Part shown: positions 12,085 to 23,934 of the stretch, piece by piece
Layout: every line of letters begins with the position of its first letter
How positions within the stretch are numbered: position 1 is the first letter of the stretch
NCBI RefSeq assembly: GCF_963921235.1
Contig: NC_086097.1
Span: forward strand, 23,190,001 to 23,254,000
From: Mobula hypostoma
Taxonomy: Eukaryota
Direction of reading: 5' to 3'
DNA: 64,000 nt
Made by a program: the position numbers and the translations under genes
Notes under the pieces: generated by a model
What the model was told of the DNA's origin: nothing
Database searches by the model: none
What the model saw: the letters and a program-made list of their open reading frames with translations, nothing else

Positions 12085-12655
12085 AAGCAACACATACACA
12101 ATGCTGGAGGAACCCAGCAGGTCAGGCAGCATCAATGTAAAGGAATAAACAGTCGACATTTCGGGCCAAGACCCCTCTTCAGGACTGTAAAGGAAGGGGG
12201 AAGACAACAGAATAAAAAGGTGGGGTAGGAGAAGGAGGCTAGCTAGAGGGTGATAGGTGAAGCCAGGTGGGTGTGAAAGGTCAAGGGCTGGAGAGGAAGG
12301 AATCTGATAGGAGACTAGAGTGGATCATAAGAGAATGGGAAGCAGGAGGGGATCCAGACGGGTGGTGATAGGCTGGTGAGAGGAAGTAAAAGGCCTGAGT
12401 GGAGAATAGAGGAAGAGGGGAAGGGGAGGGGAGAATTACTGGAAGGAGAAATTGATATAAATGCCATCAGGTTGGAGGCTACAAAAATGGTATATAAGGT
12501 GTTGCTGTTACATCCTGAGGGTGGCCTCATCTTGGCACAAGAGGAGGCCATGGACTGACATGTCACAGTGGGAATGGGAATTGGAATTAACAAGTTTGAG
12601 CACTGGAAAGTTCCACTTTTGGCGCATGGAGAGGAGGTGCTCAACGAGGCGGTTG
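12085..12655 (-). mobile_element. Penelope-like element 3' part: GIY-YIG endonuclease C-terminus, 3' UTR, hammerhead
   Basis: NRLVEHL.S.R...FPV...NS.SHSH.DMSVHGLL.CQDEATLR coding; nested in a Rex1 tail (11985-12085 and 12655-12860). Confidence 0.85.
12150..12187 (-). ncRNA. Minimal type-I hammerhead ribozyme with intact core
   Basis: Minus strand reads CAGTC-CTGAAGA-G-GGGT-CTTG-GCCC-GAAA-T-GTC-GACTG: helix I, helix II, CUGANGA/GAAA core and GUC cleavage triplet. Confidence 0.8.
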
Positions 12656-13044
12656 TAACGATAAGTTACAATAAGAAATATATAAAATTCAATAAGTAGT
12701 GCAGTAAGAGAGCAATATAGTGAGGTAGCGTTCATGGGTTCCTTGTCTGTTCAGAAATCCAATGGCGGAGGGACAAAACTGTTCCTAAAACATTGAGTGT
12801 GTGTCTTCAGGCCCCCATACCACCTCTTTGATGGTAGCAATAAGGGGGCATGTCCTGGGTGGGGTGGGGAGAATATGGAGAAACAGAAGAAGTGGAGGAA
12901 AGGAAATGAAGACAAGAATATAAAGAGAGAGGTGGAGGAGAAAGAGAGTGAAAAATAGATGACTAAACAGAGAATTCTGAAGAGTGAGAGAGTGTGAGGT
13001 ACAATGACTAAGTGTGAGGAAGGGGAAACAAACCATTAAGATAT

Positions 13045-13340
13045 TCAAAGTTCAAAGTAAATTTATAATCAAATTATATATATGTCACCATATATAGTAC
13101 AACCCTCAGATTTGTTTTCCGGTTGACATACTCAGTAAATCCATGAACCTTAATAGACTCAGTGAAAGACCGTACCCAATAGGATGAACAAACAACCAAT
13201 GGTCAAATACAGAAGAAGAAAAGAGAAACAATAACAATAAATAAATACACAATAAGTATTGAGAACGTGAGATGGCAAAGTGGGACCATTTGAATCCTAG
13301 GGGATTGCTTTGAAGAACAGAAGTTAAGCTGATGAACCTC
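13045..13340 (-). mobile_element. Rex1-type 3' tail
   Basis: ttcaaagttcaaagtaaattta tail and shared UTR. Confidence 0.7.
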
Positions 13341-13539
13341 AATTTATTCTCACAATGTAGCGTGGTCATTAAATTACTGTTCTGGTATTCAAAGGCCAGG
13401 TGTATTGATCCAGGAACGCATTTGGATCCCTGAATGGCAGCCGGGGAACTCGCACAACTGAACGCATTTAGAGTCTTAAATTGTTATTAATGATAACGAA
13501 ATGACTGAATAATTATAAAGCATTATTTGGTTGACCATA

Positions 13540-13695
13540 TCCTTCAGGGAAGGAGATCTTATACCCTTGCCCATTTAGTGAATATGTGACTCCAGACTCA
13601 TCAATATAATTTGCTCTTAACTGCCCACTGAAATTATCCAGCAAGACACTCAGTTCAAGTTGGCATTGGGCAGCGTCTACTGGCTTTGTCTCTGT
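13540..13695 (+). mobile_element. Ancient SINE relic (MetaSINE/SlmI-like central domain)
   Basis: TCCTTCAGGGAAGGA..TCT...ATGTGACTCCAGAC...CTCTTAACTGCCC.CTGAAAT..CCAGCAAG.CACTCAGTTCAAG matches my recollection of the consensus. Confidence 0.55.
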
Positions 13696-13721
13696 TGTCT
13701 AGATAACATGATCTGAAAAAT

Positions 13722-13960
13722 AGCGGTGCAGGAGTGTAGTGGTATTTGTAACGCTTAACAGCGCCAGTGACATGGGTTCAATTCCTTCCACCGTCTGTGG
13801 GAGATTGTACGTTCGCTCTTGAATGCATGGTCTTTCTCCAGGTGTTCTGGTTTCCTCCCACATTCCAAAGACATGCAGGTTGATTGGTTAATATGTCACG
13901 TGGGCATAACTGGGCAGCGATGGGCCTGTTATCAAGCTGTATCTCTAAGTAAAATAAATA
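13722..13960 (+). mobile_element. V-domain tRNA-derived SINE
   Basis: A-box GTGTAGTGG, B-box GGGTTCAATTCC, V core. Confidence 0.75.
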
Positions 13961-14009
13961 TTAATTGTAAGTCAGACATGCAAACTTGCTAGGTGTTGTC
14001 ACAGTTCTG

Positions 14010-14110
14010 ATGTTACAAAAGTAGCCACATTTTTAAGGTACTTCAAAGATAAAAAAAATCACTTAGGGATATTCTGAGGTTGTGAAAAGTGATGTATAAT
14101 GAAAAATATA
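14010..14110 (+). mobile_element. Very old Deu-domain (SacSINE1/AmnSINE1-like) SINE 3' remnant
   Basis: TTACAA.AGT..C.ACA...GTACTTCA...GGGAT.T.CTGAGGTTGTGAAA. Confidence 0.4.
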
Positions 14111-14147
14111 TCACTTTAATACAATGACAGAATGCTCTGGTATTAAA

Positions 14148-15070
14148 AGACCATAAGATATCAGTGCAGAATTAGGCCATTCAGCCCATCGAGTCTCCTC
14201 TGCCATTTCATCAAGCTGATCCATTTTGATCTCAACCAGTTCTCCTGCCTTCTCTCCGTAATCTGCCCGGACTAATCAAGAACTTATCAACCTTTGCCTT
14301 AAATATACCCAATGACTAGGCCACCACAGCCACCTGTGACAATGAATTCCACAGATTCACCATTCTCTGGCTAAAGAAATTCCTTCTGATCTCCATTCTA
14401 AATGGACATCCCTCTATTCTGAGGCTGTGCTCTCTGGTCCCAGACTCCCTCATCATAGGAAACATCCTCTCCACATCTATTCTATCTTGGATTTTCAACA
14501 TTTGATAGACTTCAATGAGATCTCCCCACATTCTTCCTAAATTCCAGCGAGTTAAGGCCCAGAGCCATCAATTGCTCCTCATATGATAAACCTTTCAATC
14601 CTGGAATCATTCTGCTCAACCTCCTCTGAACCTCTCCAATGTCGGCACACCCTGTTTTTCAAAGAGTTGCACAAAACTGCTCTCAATACTCCAAGTGAGT
14701 CGCTGCCAGTGCATTATAAAGACTAAATGTAACATGCTTGCTTCTATATTTCAGTCCTCTCGAAATAATTGCCAACATTGCATTTGCCTTCCGCTCCACC
14801 AGCTCAACCTGCAAATTAACCTTCAGGGTATTTTGCATGGGGTTGCCGAAGCTGCTTTGCACCTCAGATTTTTGAATTTTCTCCCAGTTTAGAAAATTGC
14901 TGCCCACCCCCCCCCCCCCACATTGCTTGTCCCTTTGAACAGTATCCAAAATACTATTATTGAGGGGAATGGCCATAGGGTACTCTGTACTGGCAGCTCA
15001 TCTCCCTTCCCTCTCCTGACGGTCACCTATTTACCTACCTCCTGCAGCTTAGGCATGACTACATCCCTAC
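14148..15070 (-). mobile_element. CR1 3' fragment plus a CR1 ORF1 fragment
   Basis: GDLIEVYQML..RRNFFSQR.VNLWNSL; THLEY; IPLNN.ILDT (ORF1) at 14920-15070. Confidence 0.85.
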
Positions 15071-15171
15071 AGAAACTTGAAATGATGACAGAATTGTCAA
15101 AAAGAAGTTCTGATCGGCCATTGACCTTAAAACAATATATTTCCATTGATGCAAATTGACACGCAGAGGAT

Positions 15172-15295
15172 TTCTTGATGAAGAGTCTTGGTCCAAAAAG
15201 TCTCATTTCCATAGGTGCTGCCTGACTTGCTGAGTTCCTCCAGCATTTTATGTGTTGCTCTGGATTTTCAGCATCTGCAGAATCTCTTGTGTTTA
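15172..15295 (+). mobile_element. ~125-bp Penelope terminal unit with degenerate hammerhead
   Basis: tTGATGAagagtcttggtcc...CCAGCATCTGCAGAATCTCTTGTGTTT-type unit. Confidence 0.75.
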
Positions 15296-15873
15296 AGGTT
15301 TCCTGCATCTTCTATTTTCTTGATACTTTTTCCGTTAACTGATTTAAAAAACTGACATTTAAAAAAAAATATTATTCCAAAAAATGGAACTTAAAGCCTG
15401 AACTCATGTGAGGGTGACTAGCTCCAGTGAGTGAACAGCACTATTGAGTAGTTTGGTATGTGACAACATCGTCAGCTTAACCATTGTGGGTTGATTTCTC
15501 ACCCCTGTTGGGAAGTGAATTGTTTGCTGATTGAGAGCCTAAACTTCTAATCATTCAGACCTCAACAAAAAACGAGTTTTGATATACTTCTATGATTAAA
15601 AATTGGATGTTTGTAGCTAGTAAGTGGGTGGTGTGGTGCTGTGCTGCTAAATTGTCAGGTGGATCAGAGCATAATTACTATTTTTGCCTGGGAACTTAGC
15701 AATTCCAGATTTGTTTGTTAGTTTCAGTCTATGGGTCACTAACAGTTCACACTCAACATTTTAGGAACAGCTCGTTCCCCTTCACCATCAGATTTCTGAA
15801 CGGTCCATGAACCCATGAACGCTCTTGTAGCTTGTAGCGCTATTGAATGCTATTGTATTGTTCCTTATGTCCA

Positions 15874-16482
15874 AAGTTCAAACTAAGTTTTATTATCAGA
15901 GTACATATATGTCACCATATAAAGCCCTGAGATTCTTTTTCCTGTGGGCATGCTCAACAAATATATAGAACTGTAACTATAACAGAATCAATGAAAGATC
16001 AACTAGAGTGCAGAAGACAACAAACTGTGCAAATGCAAATATAAATAAATAGCAATAAGTAACAAGAACATGAAATAACAAGATAAAGGGTGGTTAATGA
16101 GATTATTGGTTTTGGGAATCTCACAATCGATGGCAAGTGAGTATAATTATCCCCTTTTATTCAAGAGCCTGATGGTTGTGGGGTAGTAACTGACCTTGAA
16201 CCTGGTGGTGTGAGTCCTGAGGCTCTTGTACCTTCTACCTGCTGGCCGCAACGAGAAGAGATCATGACCTGGGTGGTGATGATCTCTGATGATGGATGCT
16301 ACTTTTCAACAGTAGTGTTTCATGTAGATGTGCTCAATGGTTGGAAGGCTTTTACCTATGATGAACTGGGCCGAATTCATTACCTTTTGTAGGATTTTCC
16401 ATTCAAAGGCATTGGTGTTTCCATACCAGGCCATCATGTCACCAGTCAATACACCCTCCACTACATGTGTATGGAAGTTTGT
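15874..16482 (-). mobile_element. Rex1-type LINE 3' fragment
   Basis: Same family as 292-910 and 61975-62600. Confidence 0.8.
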
Positions 16483-16661
16483 CACTGTACTGTACTGCTG
16501 CTGTTAAGCAACAAGTTTCATGATGTATATCAGTAATAATGAACCTGATTATGACCCAGTTGACAATATTTTACATCTAAAAAGTTCATCCTAGATCTTG
16601 TGATTTCAGGAGCTATCCCTGTTACATTGAATCTACAGTGTGCTAAATGTATACTGTTCAG

Positions 16662-16780
16662 TTCTGCATGGAAAATGGAAGACGTGGAAAATTGGAGGTC
16701 AATCATCTCAAGACCACAGAGCATTTCCTCAGCACGAGCATCTTCAGCTGATTCTTTACTGAACTTTGTTCCATCATTAG
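16662..16780 (+). CDS. Candidate 119-nt internal exon, SAWKMEDVENWRSIISRPQSISSARASSADSLLNFVPSL
   Basis: Branch-like tgctaaat, acceptor tactgttcag, donor TAG|gtcagg, open protein-like frame in unique sequence between repeats. Confidence 0.4.
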
Positions 16781-16791
16781 GTCAGGCCTAA

Positions 16792-17022
16792 TGGTAAATC
16801 TGTGGAATTCATTGGTATAGATGACTGTGGAGGCCAAGTGATTGGGTATACGTAAAAAAGATGTACATAAGGTTCTTGATTAATTAGAGTGCTAATAGTT
16901 ACAGGGAAAAGACAGGAGTATGGAGTTGAGAGAGATAATAAATCAGCCAAGAAAGAAGAGCAAAACAGACTTATGTGGTGAATGTCCTAATTCTGCTCCT
17001 TTGCCTTCAGGTCTTATGGACT
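16792..17022 (+). mobile_element. CR1 3' end
   Basis: VNLWNSL coding and CCTAATTCTGCTCCT terminal motif. Confidence 0.8.
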
Positions 17023-17229
17023 TGGAGATTTATTTTATTTCACAATATTCAACTCCATTCATATCTACTAGAGTAAAACAACCAATCAGTACCAATTTGC
17101 ATTGAGATCTGTACAGCATCTATGTGGCATTCTGAACTGGCCTGAAAGTGGCAAGTGGTTTAAGAGAAATTTGGAACTTCTCTACTTCAAAACTTTTCTT
17201 AAGAGCAAACAAGCTAGCATCCTGGGGCA

Positions 17230-18115
17230 ATCACAACAGCTTAGAGCTGAACGCCCTCAAAACCATGGAGATGCATATCGACTTCAGGAGAAATGTATCT
17301 CCTCTTCACCCAGTCATCATCAGCAACTCTACAGTTAGCATCATTTCAGCATTCAGATTCTTGGGCATCATTATTTCACAGGAGCTCTTGTGGGGGAACC
17401 ATATCTCCTTCATTCATAAAAATGCTCAGTAGAGGATGCAGTTCTTGTTGCAGTTGGTAAAACTCTATCGTCTTCAGCGTGTACTGGTGCAATTTTACAC
17501 TGCCATCATTGAGAGCACACTCACATCAGCTATTATGTTCTGGTTTGGTGTAACATCCTCTCACAGTACACAAAAGCTAAAGAACTATTAAGTCAGCAGG
17601 AAACGCCATTGGCTGTGATCTATCATCACTGCAGGACTTGTATCTGCTGAAGACCAAGATGCAGGCAGGTAAATTTATTGCAGACACTACCCATCTAGCA
17701 AACTGCCTTTTCCAAAAGCTACCCCTGGAAAGCATTATAAGTCTATAATTTTTTTTTAAATCACAACATCTTAGAAAGTTTCTTCCCCCAGGCAGTTAAT
17801 CTGATTAACTGTTCTAGTTCGACCCCACGCCCCTCTCTATTACTTTGAACTCTGCACTGCACTGTAAGCACTCTAAATCACATTTTAAAATGCTTCTTAC
17901 ATTGTAAAAACACACTGGTATATCTGGTATATATGTATCATGCACATTTTATTCAATATTTGTACTTTAACATCTAACTTTATTTTTATATAATTTTTAT
18001 TCATTTTAATGGTTAAATGTTGTTGTGTTTTGTTGCATGTCATACCAACACGCCACAGCAAATTCCTAGTACATGTTAATGTACTATATATGGTGAATAA
18101 AGTTGATCCTTGAGA
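17230..18115 (+). mobile_element. Rex1/Babar LINE, RT C-terminal part and 3' UTR (distinct lineage)
   Basis: LELNALKT.EM.IDFRR, FRFLGIIISQEL.W..HIS...K.AQ, FYTAIIES; tail aataaagttgatccttg. Confidence 0.85.
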
Positions 18116-18282
18116 AGCACATGGTTGGGAGTGGTGTGGAGGGTTATATTCCAGGTGCGGAATGGTAGGATTAGACAGAGTAACAGTTTGACATGGACTA
18201 GATGGGCTGAAGGACATGTTTCTATGCTGTGGTGCTCTACAGTAGCAGGCAATTACCATCTCCAACTGGAAATGTGTTTTCG

Positions 18283-19632
18283 TGCTCATCCATGCATCTA
18301 TCTTTAGTAGGCTTGGCTACTGTAATGGCATTTTCACAGGTCTCTGAAAAAATCACTCAGATTGCTACAGCTTACTCAGAATGCTGCTGCTAGTGTCCTC
18401 ACTAAGACTAAGAAAGCAAAACATATCACTCCAGTTCTCAGATCGCTTCACTGACTTCCTGGACACTAGAGATTTGACTTTAAAGTATTACTACTGGTTT
18501 ATGAAGCACTGAATAGTCTAGGGCCAAAATATATCTCCGCTCTCCTGCTGCATTATGAACCTTCCTGAGCTCTCAGGTCATCTGGGCAGGTCTGCTTCCC
18601 ATCCCCAGGGTCAAAACATAGAACATAGAATAGTACAGCACAGTACAGGCCATTCGGCCCACAATGTTGTGCCGACCCTTAAACCCTGCCTCCCATATAA
18701 CCCCCCACCTTAAATTCCTCCATATACCTGTCAAGTTGTCTCTTAAATTTCACTAGTGTATCTGCCTCCACCACTGACTCAGGTGGTGCATTCTACGCAC
18801 CAACCACTCTCTGAGTAAAAAATCTTCCTCTAATATCCCCCTTGAACTTCCCACCCCTTACCTTAAAGCCATGTGCTCTTGTATTGAGCAGTGGTGCCCT
18901 ATGGAAGAGGCGCTGGCTGTCCACTCTATCTATTTCTCTTAATATCTTGTATACCTCTATCATGTCTCCTCTCATCCTCCTTCTCTCCAAAGAGTAAAGC
19001 CCTAGCTCCCTTAATCTCTGATCATAATGCATACTCTCTAAACCAGGCAGCATCCTGGTAAATCTCTTGTGTACCCTTTCCAATGCTTCTACATCCTTCC
19101 TATAGTGAGGCGACCAGAACTGGACACAGTACTCCAAGTGTGGCCTAACCAGAGCTTTATAGAGCTGCATCATTACCTCACGACTCTTAAACTCTATCCC
19201 TCGACCAACACTCCATAAGCTTTCTTAACTACCCTATCTACCTGTGAGGCAACTTTCAGGGATCTGTGGACATGTACCCCAGATCCCTCTGCTCCTCCAC
19301 ACTGCCAAGTATCCTGCCATTTACTTTGTACTCTGCCTTGGAGTTTGTCCTTCCAAAGTGTACCACCTTTGGTGAAGCAGCTTTTAGTTACTGTGCTCGA
19401 TATATCTGGAATAACCTTCCAGAGAATCTGAAGTCTGCCGCAACCTTAAGCTCTTTTAAATTGAGACTTAAAACTTTTCTTTTAATTTTATCATATCTAT
19501 TTTTTCATGCACTTATTCTCTTATATATTTCCTGAAATTTTATGTTTGATTGTTATATCTTGTTGTATGTAAAGCACTTTGAATTGCCTTGTGTTTGAAA
19601 ATTGTGATGCAAGTAAACTTGCTTGCTTGCTT
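18283..19632 (+). mobile_element. L2 LINE 3' fragment split by a young CR1
   Basis: LIHA.IFSRL.YCNG, LQL.QNAAA.VLTKT, HITPVLRSLH, GEAAFSY.A..IWN.LP, SSFK.RLKTFL; (CTTG)n tail. Confidence 0.9.
18616..19368 (-). mobile_element. Young CR1 3' fragment
   Basis: Open 126-aa frame LYKALVRPHLEYCVQFWSPHYRKD...FFTQRVVGA; (TTCTATG)n tail. Confidence 0.95.
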
Positions 19633-19789
19633 CTAATCACATCTTTCACCATTCATTGTCAATATTCTGGGTGGCACCAATTGCCAGAAATGTATCTGGG
19701 CCAACCCCATGAAAAACTGAAGTTACAAGACCAGGTTTTAGGCAAGTGACGCATCTAGTGCTCAAAACTCTTCTACTCGTGAGAAAGGG

Positions 19790-20240
19790 TTAGAAGGCAT
19801 GTGCTATAATGAGAGATTGGACAAATTTGGGATGATTCCTCTGTAGTGCCAGAGGCTGAGGACATATCTAATAGAGGTTTATAAGATCATAAGAGGCATA
19901 GAGTAGATAAACAGTATCTTTTTCCTAGGGTTGTAATATCTTATACCTGAGGGCATGAATTTAAGGTGAGAGGGGATAATTTGAAAAGAGGTGTGAGGGA
20001 CAAGTTTTTTTTTGCATTGAGAGAGGTAAATGCCCGGAATGTGCTGCCTGGGGTGGTGGTAGATGCAGATACATTCGGGGCATTTAAGAGATGTTCAGAT
20101 AGGCACATGAATGTGAGTAAAATGGAAGGATATGGACATTGTTTAAGCATTAAGGATTAGTTTAGTTGGCCATTTGATTACTACTTTAATTGGTTCAGCA
20201 CAACATTGTGGGCTGTCGAGCCTGTTCTGTGTACTAAAGC
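19790..20240 (+). mobile_element. CR1 3' fragment
   Basis: LIEVYKII.G, VV.ADT.G.FKR..DRHM coding. Confidence 0.8.
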
Positions 20241-20244
20241 AAAA

Positions 20245-20610
20245 ACTAATAATAGTAATGACAACTTATTCATCAAGCACTTTTCATACAAACGATGTAG
20301 TTCAAAGTGTTTTACAGTGGGATAAAATATAAACATGAAAATAAAAGACAAAATGAGAGTAGTTAAAAGCAATGTTAAATAAATAGGTTTTGAGCTGGTA
20401 TTGAGAAGTGTCATCTGAGTCTGTGTCCTTAATAGTTTTAGATATTGAGTTCCACAGTTTAGGAGCATAGTTTAAAAAAAGCTGACCTGCCAATTTTCTT
20501 TTGAGGGAGGTTGTTTAAATTTAAGAGACTGGCAGAAAAAGTGCTGAGAGGCTGAGAGGATTATAAAACGAAAGCAGTCTGTGATGTACTCTAGTTCCAG
20601 ACCATTGAAA
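20245..20610 (-). mobile_element. L2 LINE 3' end
   Basis: NYAPKLWNS...LKTYLFNIAF; TGTAAAACACTTTGAA..TATGAAAAGTGCT terminal motif; (TTA)n-like tail. Confidence 0.8.
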
Positions 20611-20847
20611 TTCTTCTCTTGCCTAGAAGAGCGCACCATACAAAACAGTTAAACCAAAAGTCTGTTTGAGGAAGTGATCGACATCTTTGTGTGTGTTTCA
20701 TACGGCATGTTAAATTACCTTCTCTGATCCTTGCAGGTAAAAGCATTTTGGAGTGAAAATAGAGCAGTCCTTGGTTTTGATGACTACATACGTCAGATTG
20801 GTCATAATATAGAAGATTTCACTTGCGTTCCCCAATTCTGAAATTCA

Positions 20848-21530
20848 GTGGGGGCACAGTGGAATAGTCAGTAGAGCTGCTGCCTCACAGGCTCAGAGAT
20901 CCAAGTTCATACCTTATGAGACTAGGTTGAGTGAACTCGACCTCTTTTCCTTGGAACGACAGAGGAAGAGAGGTGACCTCATAGAGGTGTATAAGATGAT
21001 GAGAGGCATTGATCGTGTGGATAGTCAGAGGCTTTTTCCAAGGACTGAAATAGCTAGCACAAGAAGACACAGTTTTAAGGTGCTTGGAAGTAGGTACAGA
21101 GGAGATATCAGGAGTAAGTTTTTTACGCAGAGAGTGGTGAGTGCTTGGAATGGGCTGCTGGCGACGGTGGTGGAGGCGGATACGATAGGGTCTTTTAAGA
21201 GACCTCTGGACAGGTATATCGAGCTCAGGAAAATAGAGGGCTATGGGTAATCCTGGGTAATTTCTCAGGTAGGGACATGTTGGGCACAGCTTTGTGGGCT
21301 GAAGGGCCTGCATTGTGCTGTAGGTTTCCTGTGTTTCTATGTTTCAATCCTAACCCCTGGTGCTGGCTGCGTGGAGCTTTTATGTTCTTCTACTTTCCTC
21401 CCACAGCCTAAAGACATACAGGTCAGTAGGTTAATCGACTGCTGTCGATTGCCCGAAGTGAGTGGTGGAATTTGGGGTGAGTTGATGGGAATGTGGGCAA
21501 TATAAAATGAAATTGGTTTAATGTAGGTTT
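20848..21530 (+). mobile_element. V-SINE interrupted within its B-box by a CR1
   Basis: tRNA-like head 20848-20909, resumes ATCC at 21347, followed by V core. Confidence 0.75.
20910..21345 (+). mobile_element. Young CR1 3' fragment
   Basis: Open frame LFSLERQRKRGDLIEVYKMMRGIDRVD...FFTQRVVSAWNGL; TTTCTATG-like tail. Confidence 0.9.
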
Positions 21531-21946
21531 AGTCCTGCTTGAGTGTAGGATTCACTAAGATTAATTTCGACATTTGTTTCATACTTAGTGGGGTGACGGG
21601 CCAGTTTCCATGTTCGGTTACTTTAATTCCAAGTGTTCTATGATTCTCAGGTGACTTTTCTGCACTTGGATTTTGAGATCTGTAAGAATGATTAGATCAA
21701 TTGGTTTAAGAACAGGCACTGTCTAATGACAGGAAAGGAGGTGAGAAAAATTCAGCCTCTTGTGCCTGCTGCACCATTCAATAAAATCATGCTGATCGCT
21801 TTCTTCAGCACCAGCCTCCTCAACTAATCCCGAGTCCTTTGACTGCCATCATATCTATTGATGTATTGCCATCTGTTTTAAAGCTCAGTGAGAGAGCCCC
21901 CATGATCTTCTTCATTAGTGAATCTCAGGGATTCACCACCTCTCCC

Positions 21947-22412
21947 GTATGGCAATTGTCCCGTATCGGACCGCAAAGCACTCCAGCGTGTGGTGAAAAC
22001 TGCCCAGCGGATTATCGGCACCCAATTGCCCACCGTTGAGAACATCTACCATAAGTGCTGCCTGGGCAGAGTGAAAACCTTTCAAGGATGCATCTCACCC
22101 TAACCATGGACTTTTTACTCTCCTCCCATCCGGTAGGCCCTACAGGAGCCTCCGCTCCCGCACTAGCAGGCACAGGAAGAACTTCTTCCCTGAGGTTGTG
22201 ACCCTGCTGAACCTCACATCACAGAGCTAAGCAGTATTGCACCCATATTGTACTGTCTCAGTACTTTTATATTAGTGTGCTGTAGCACTTACTTTTTATT
22301 CGCAGTTATTTTGTAAATAACACTATCCTTTGCATTTCTGGTTAGATGCTAACTGCATTTCATTGGCTTTGTATCTGTGCTCGGCACATTGACAATAAAG
22401 TTGAATTTAATC
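21947..22412 (+). mobile_element. Young CpG-rich Rex1 3' fragment
   Basis: YGNCPVSDRKALQRVVKTAQRIIGTQLP; tail aataaagttgaatttaatct. Confidence 0.9.
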
Positions 22413-22499
22413 TGTGTGAAGAAATTTCTTCCCATGTGGCTGACGTCTTATTTTGAGACTGCAGCCCCAGTTCTAGGAAGATGAACTGTCTTTTTATTT

Positions 22500-22775
22500 T
22501 TTAACTTTTATTTTATTTAAAGGATACAACGTGATGATGGGTTCTTTTGGCCCAATGGTCCTGTGCTGCCCAATTGCACCCACATGTCCAGTTAACCTAC
22601 CAATCCCTCTTGTATTTGGAATGTGGGAGGACATCAGAGAACCCAGAGGAAACTCATTCAGTCATGGTGAGAACGTAACAAACTCCTTACAGACAGCCAT
22701 GGAATTGCACCCATTTTACTGGCACTGTAATAATGTTATGGTAATTGCTCTGTTACTGTGCTGTCCTAACCACTA
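22500..22775 (-). mobile_element. V-SINE
   Basis: Reverse V core TGTGGGAGGA...ACCCAGAGGAAAC.CA...GAGAACGTA. Confidence 0.7.
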
Positions 22776-22809
22776 CTATGCACCTTAAACTTTCCTTCTG
22801 CTCTGTCAT

Positions 22810-23450
22810 GTTACCATTCATTTCAAGAGGGCTAGAATCTAAAAGCAAGGATGTAATGTTGGAACTCTATCAAGCACTGATGAGGTATCACATGGAGTGT
22901 TGTGAGCAAGTTTGGGCCCCTTATTTCAGAAAGGATGTGCTGAAATTGGAGAGGGTTCAAAGGAGGTTCACAAAAATGCTTCCAGAACTGAATGGCTTGT
23001 CATAATGATGAGTGTTTGATAGCTTTGGGCCTGTATTCACTAGAATGCAGAAGAATGAGGGATGACCTCATTGAAGCCTATAGAATAGTGAAAGGCCTTA
23101 ATAGAGTGGGTGTGGAGAGGATGTTTCCTATGCAGGGAGTGTCTAAGACCAGAGGTCACAGCTTCAGAATAGAGGGCCGTCCTTTTAGAATGGAGATGAG
23201 GAGGAATTTCTTGAGCCAGAGAGTCGTGAATCTGTGGAATTCTTTGCCACAGGTAGGTGTGGAGGCCAAGTTTTTATATATATTTAAAGCAGAGGTTGAT
23301 ATAACTTTGATTGGTGTGGGCATGAAGTTATACGATGAGAAGGCAGAAGATTGGGGCTGAGAAGAAAATTGGATCAGCCATGATGAAATGGCGGAGCATA
23401 CTTGATGGGCCAGATGGCCTAATTCGGCTCCTGTGTCTTATGGTCTTATT
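22810..23450 (+). mobile_element. CR1 3' fragment
   Basis: FISRGLE.KSKDVML.LY, LERVQRRFTKM, RRNFLSQRVVNLWNSL; terminal motif. Confidence 0.9.
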
Positions 23451-23934
23451 ATCCTATGTCCCTTACTAATTTTCTTTCTTTCAAAGTAATAATCTCTCAC
23501 TCCACTGAACCCGAGAGTATAAGCCTAGTCTGCATCATTTCTCCTTGTACAATAGCCTACTATTGGACTCAATATGCATTCCCTCTATTACAACAATGTA
23601 GATCCTTGCTTTGGCATGGAGACAAGACCAATTTAAAGTATTCTGGATAGGTTCTCACTGGGCTTTATATAATTGCAGCAGGATGTCTCTATATTTGTCC
23701 TCAAATTCTCTTGAAATATGGACCAGAATACTGTTTGCCTTTCGAATTGCCAGCTGAATTGATATATTAACTTTCAGTAATCCATGTAGAAGCACTCTCA
23801 TATCCCTCTGAATATAAATACACTTAAGTCTCTAGGAATTTAAAAAAATACTCAGTCTTCCAATGTGTTTTACTCTACCAAAACGAATGAAGCCTCTTCT
23901 CACAATCCATGTTCTCAATTTCTCTAAATTTCGG

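Noticed and set aside
20737..20850. Possible plus exon after tccttgcag (VKAFWSENRAVLGFDDYIRQ)
   Set aside because: No convincing donor, and joining to the 16780 donor gives an early stop
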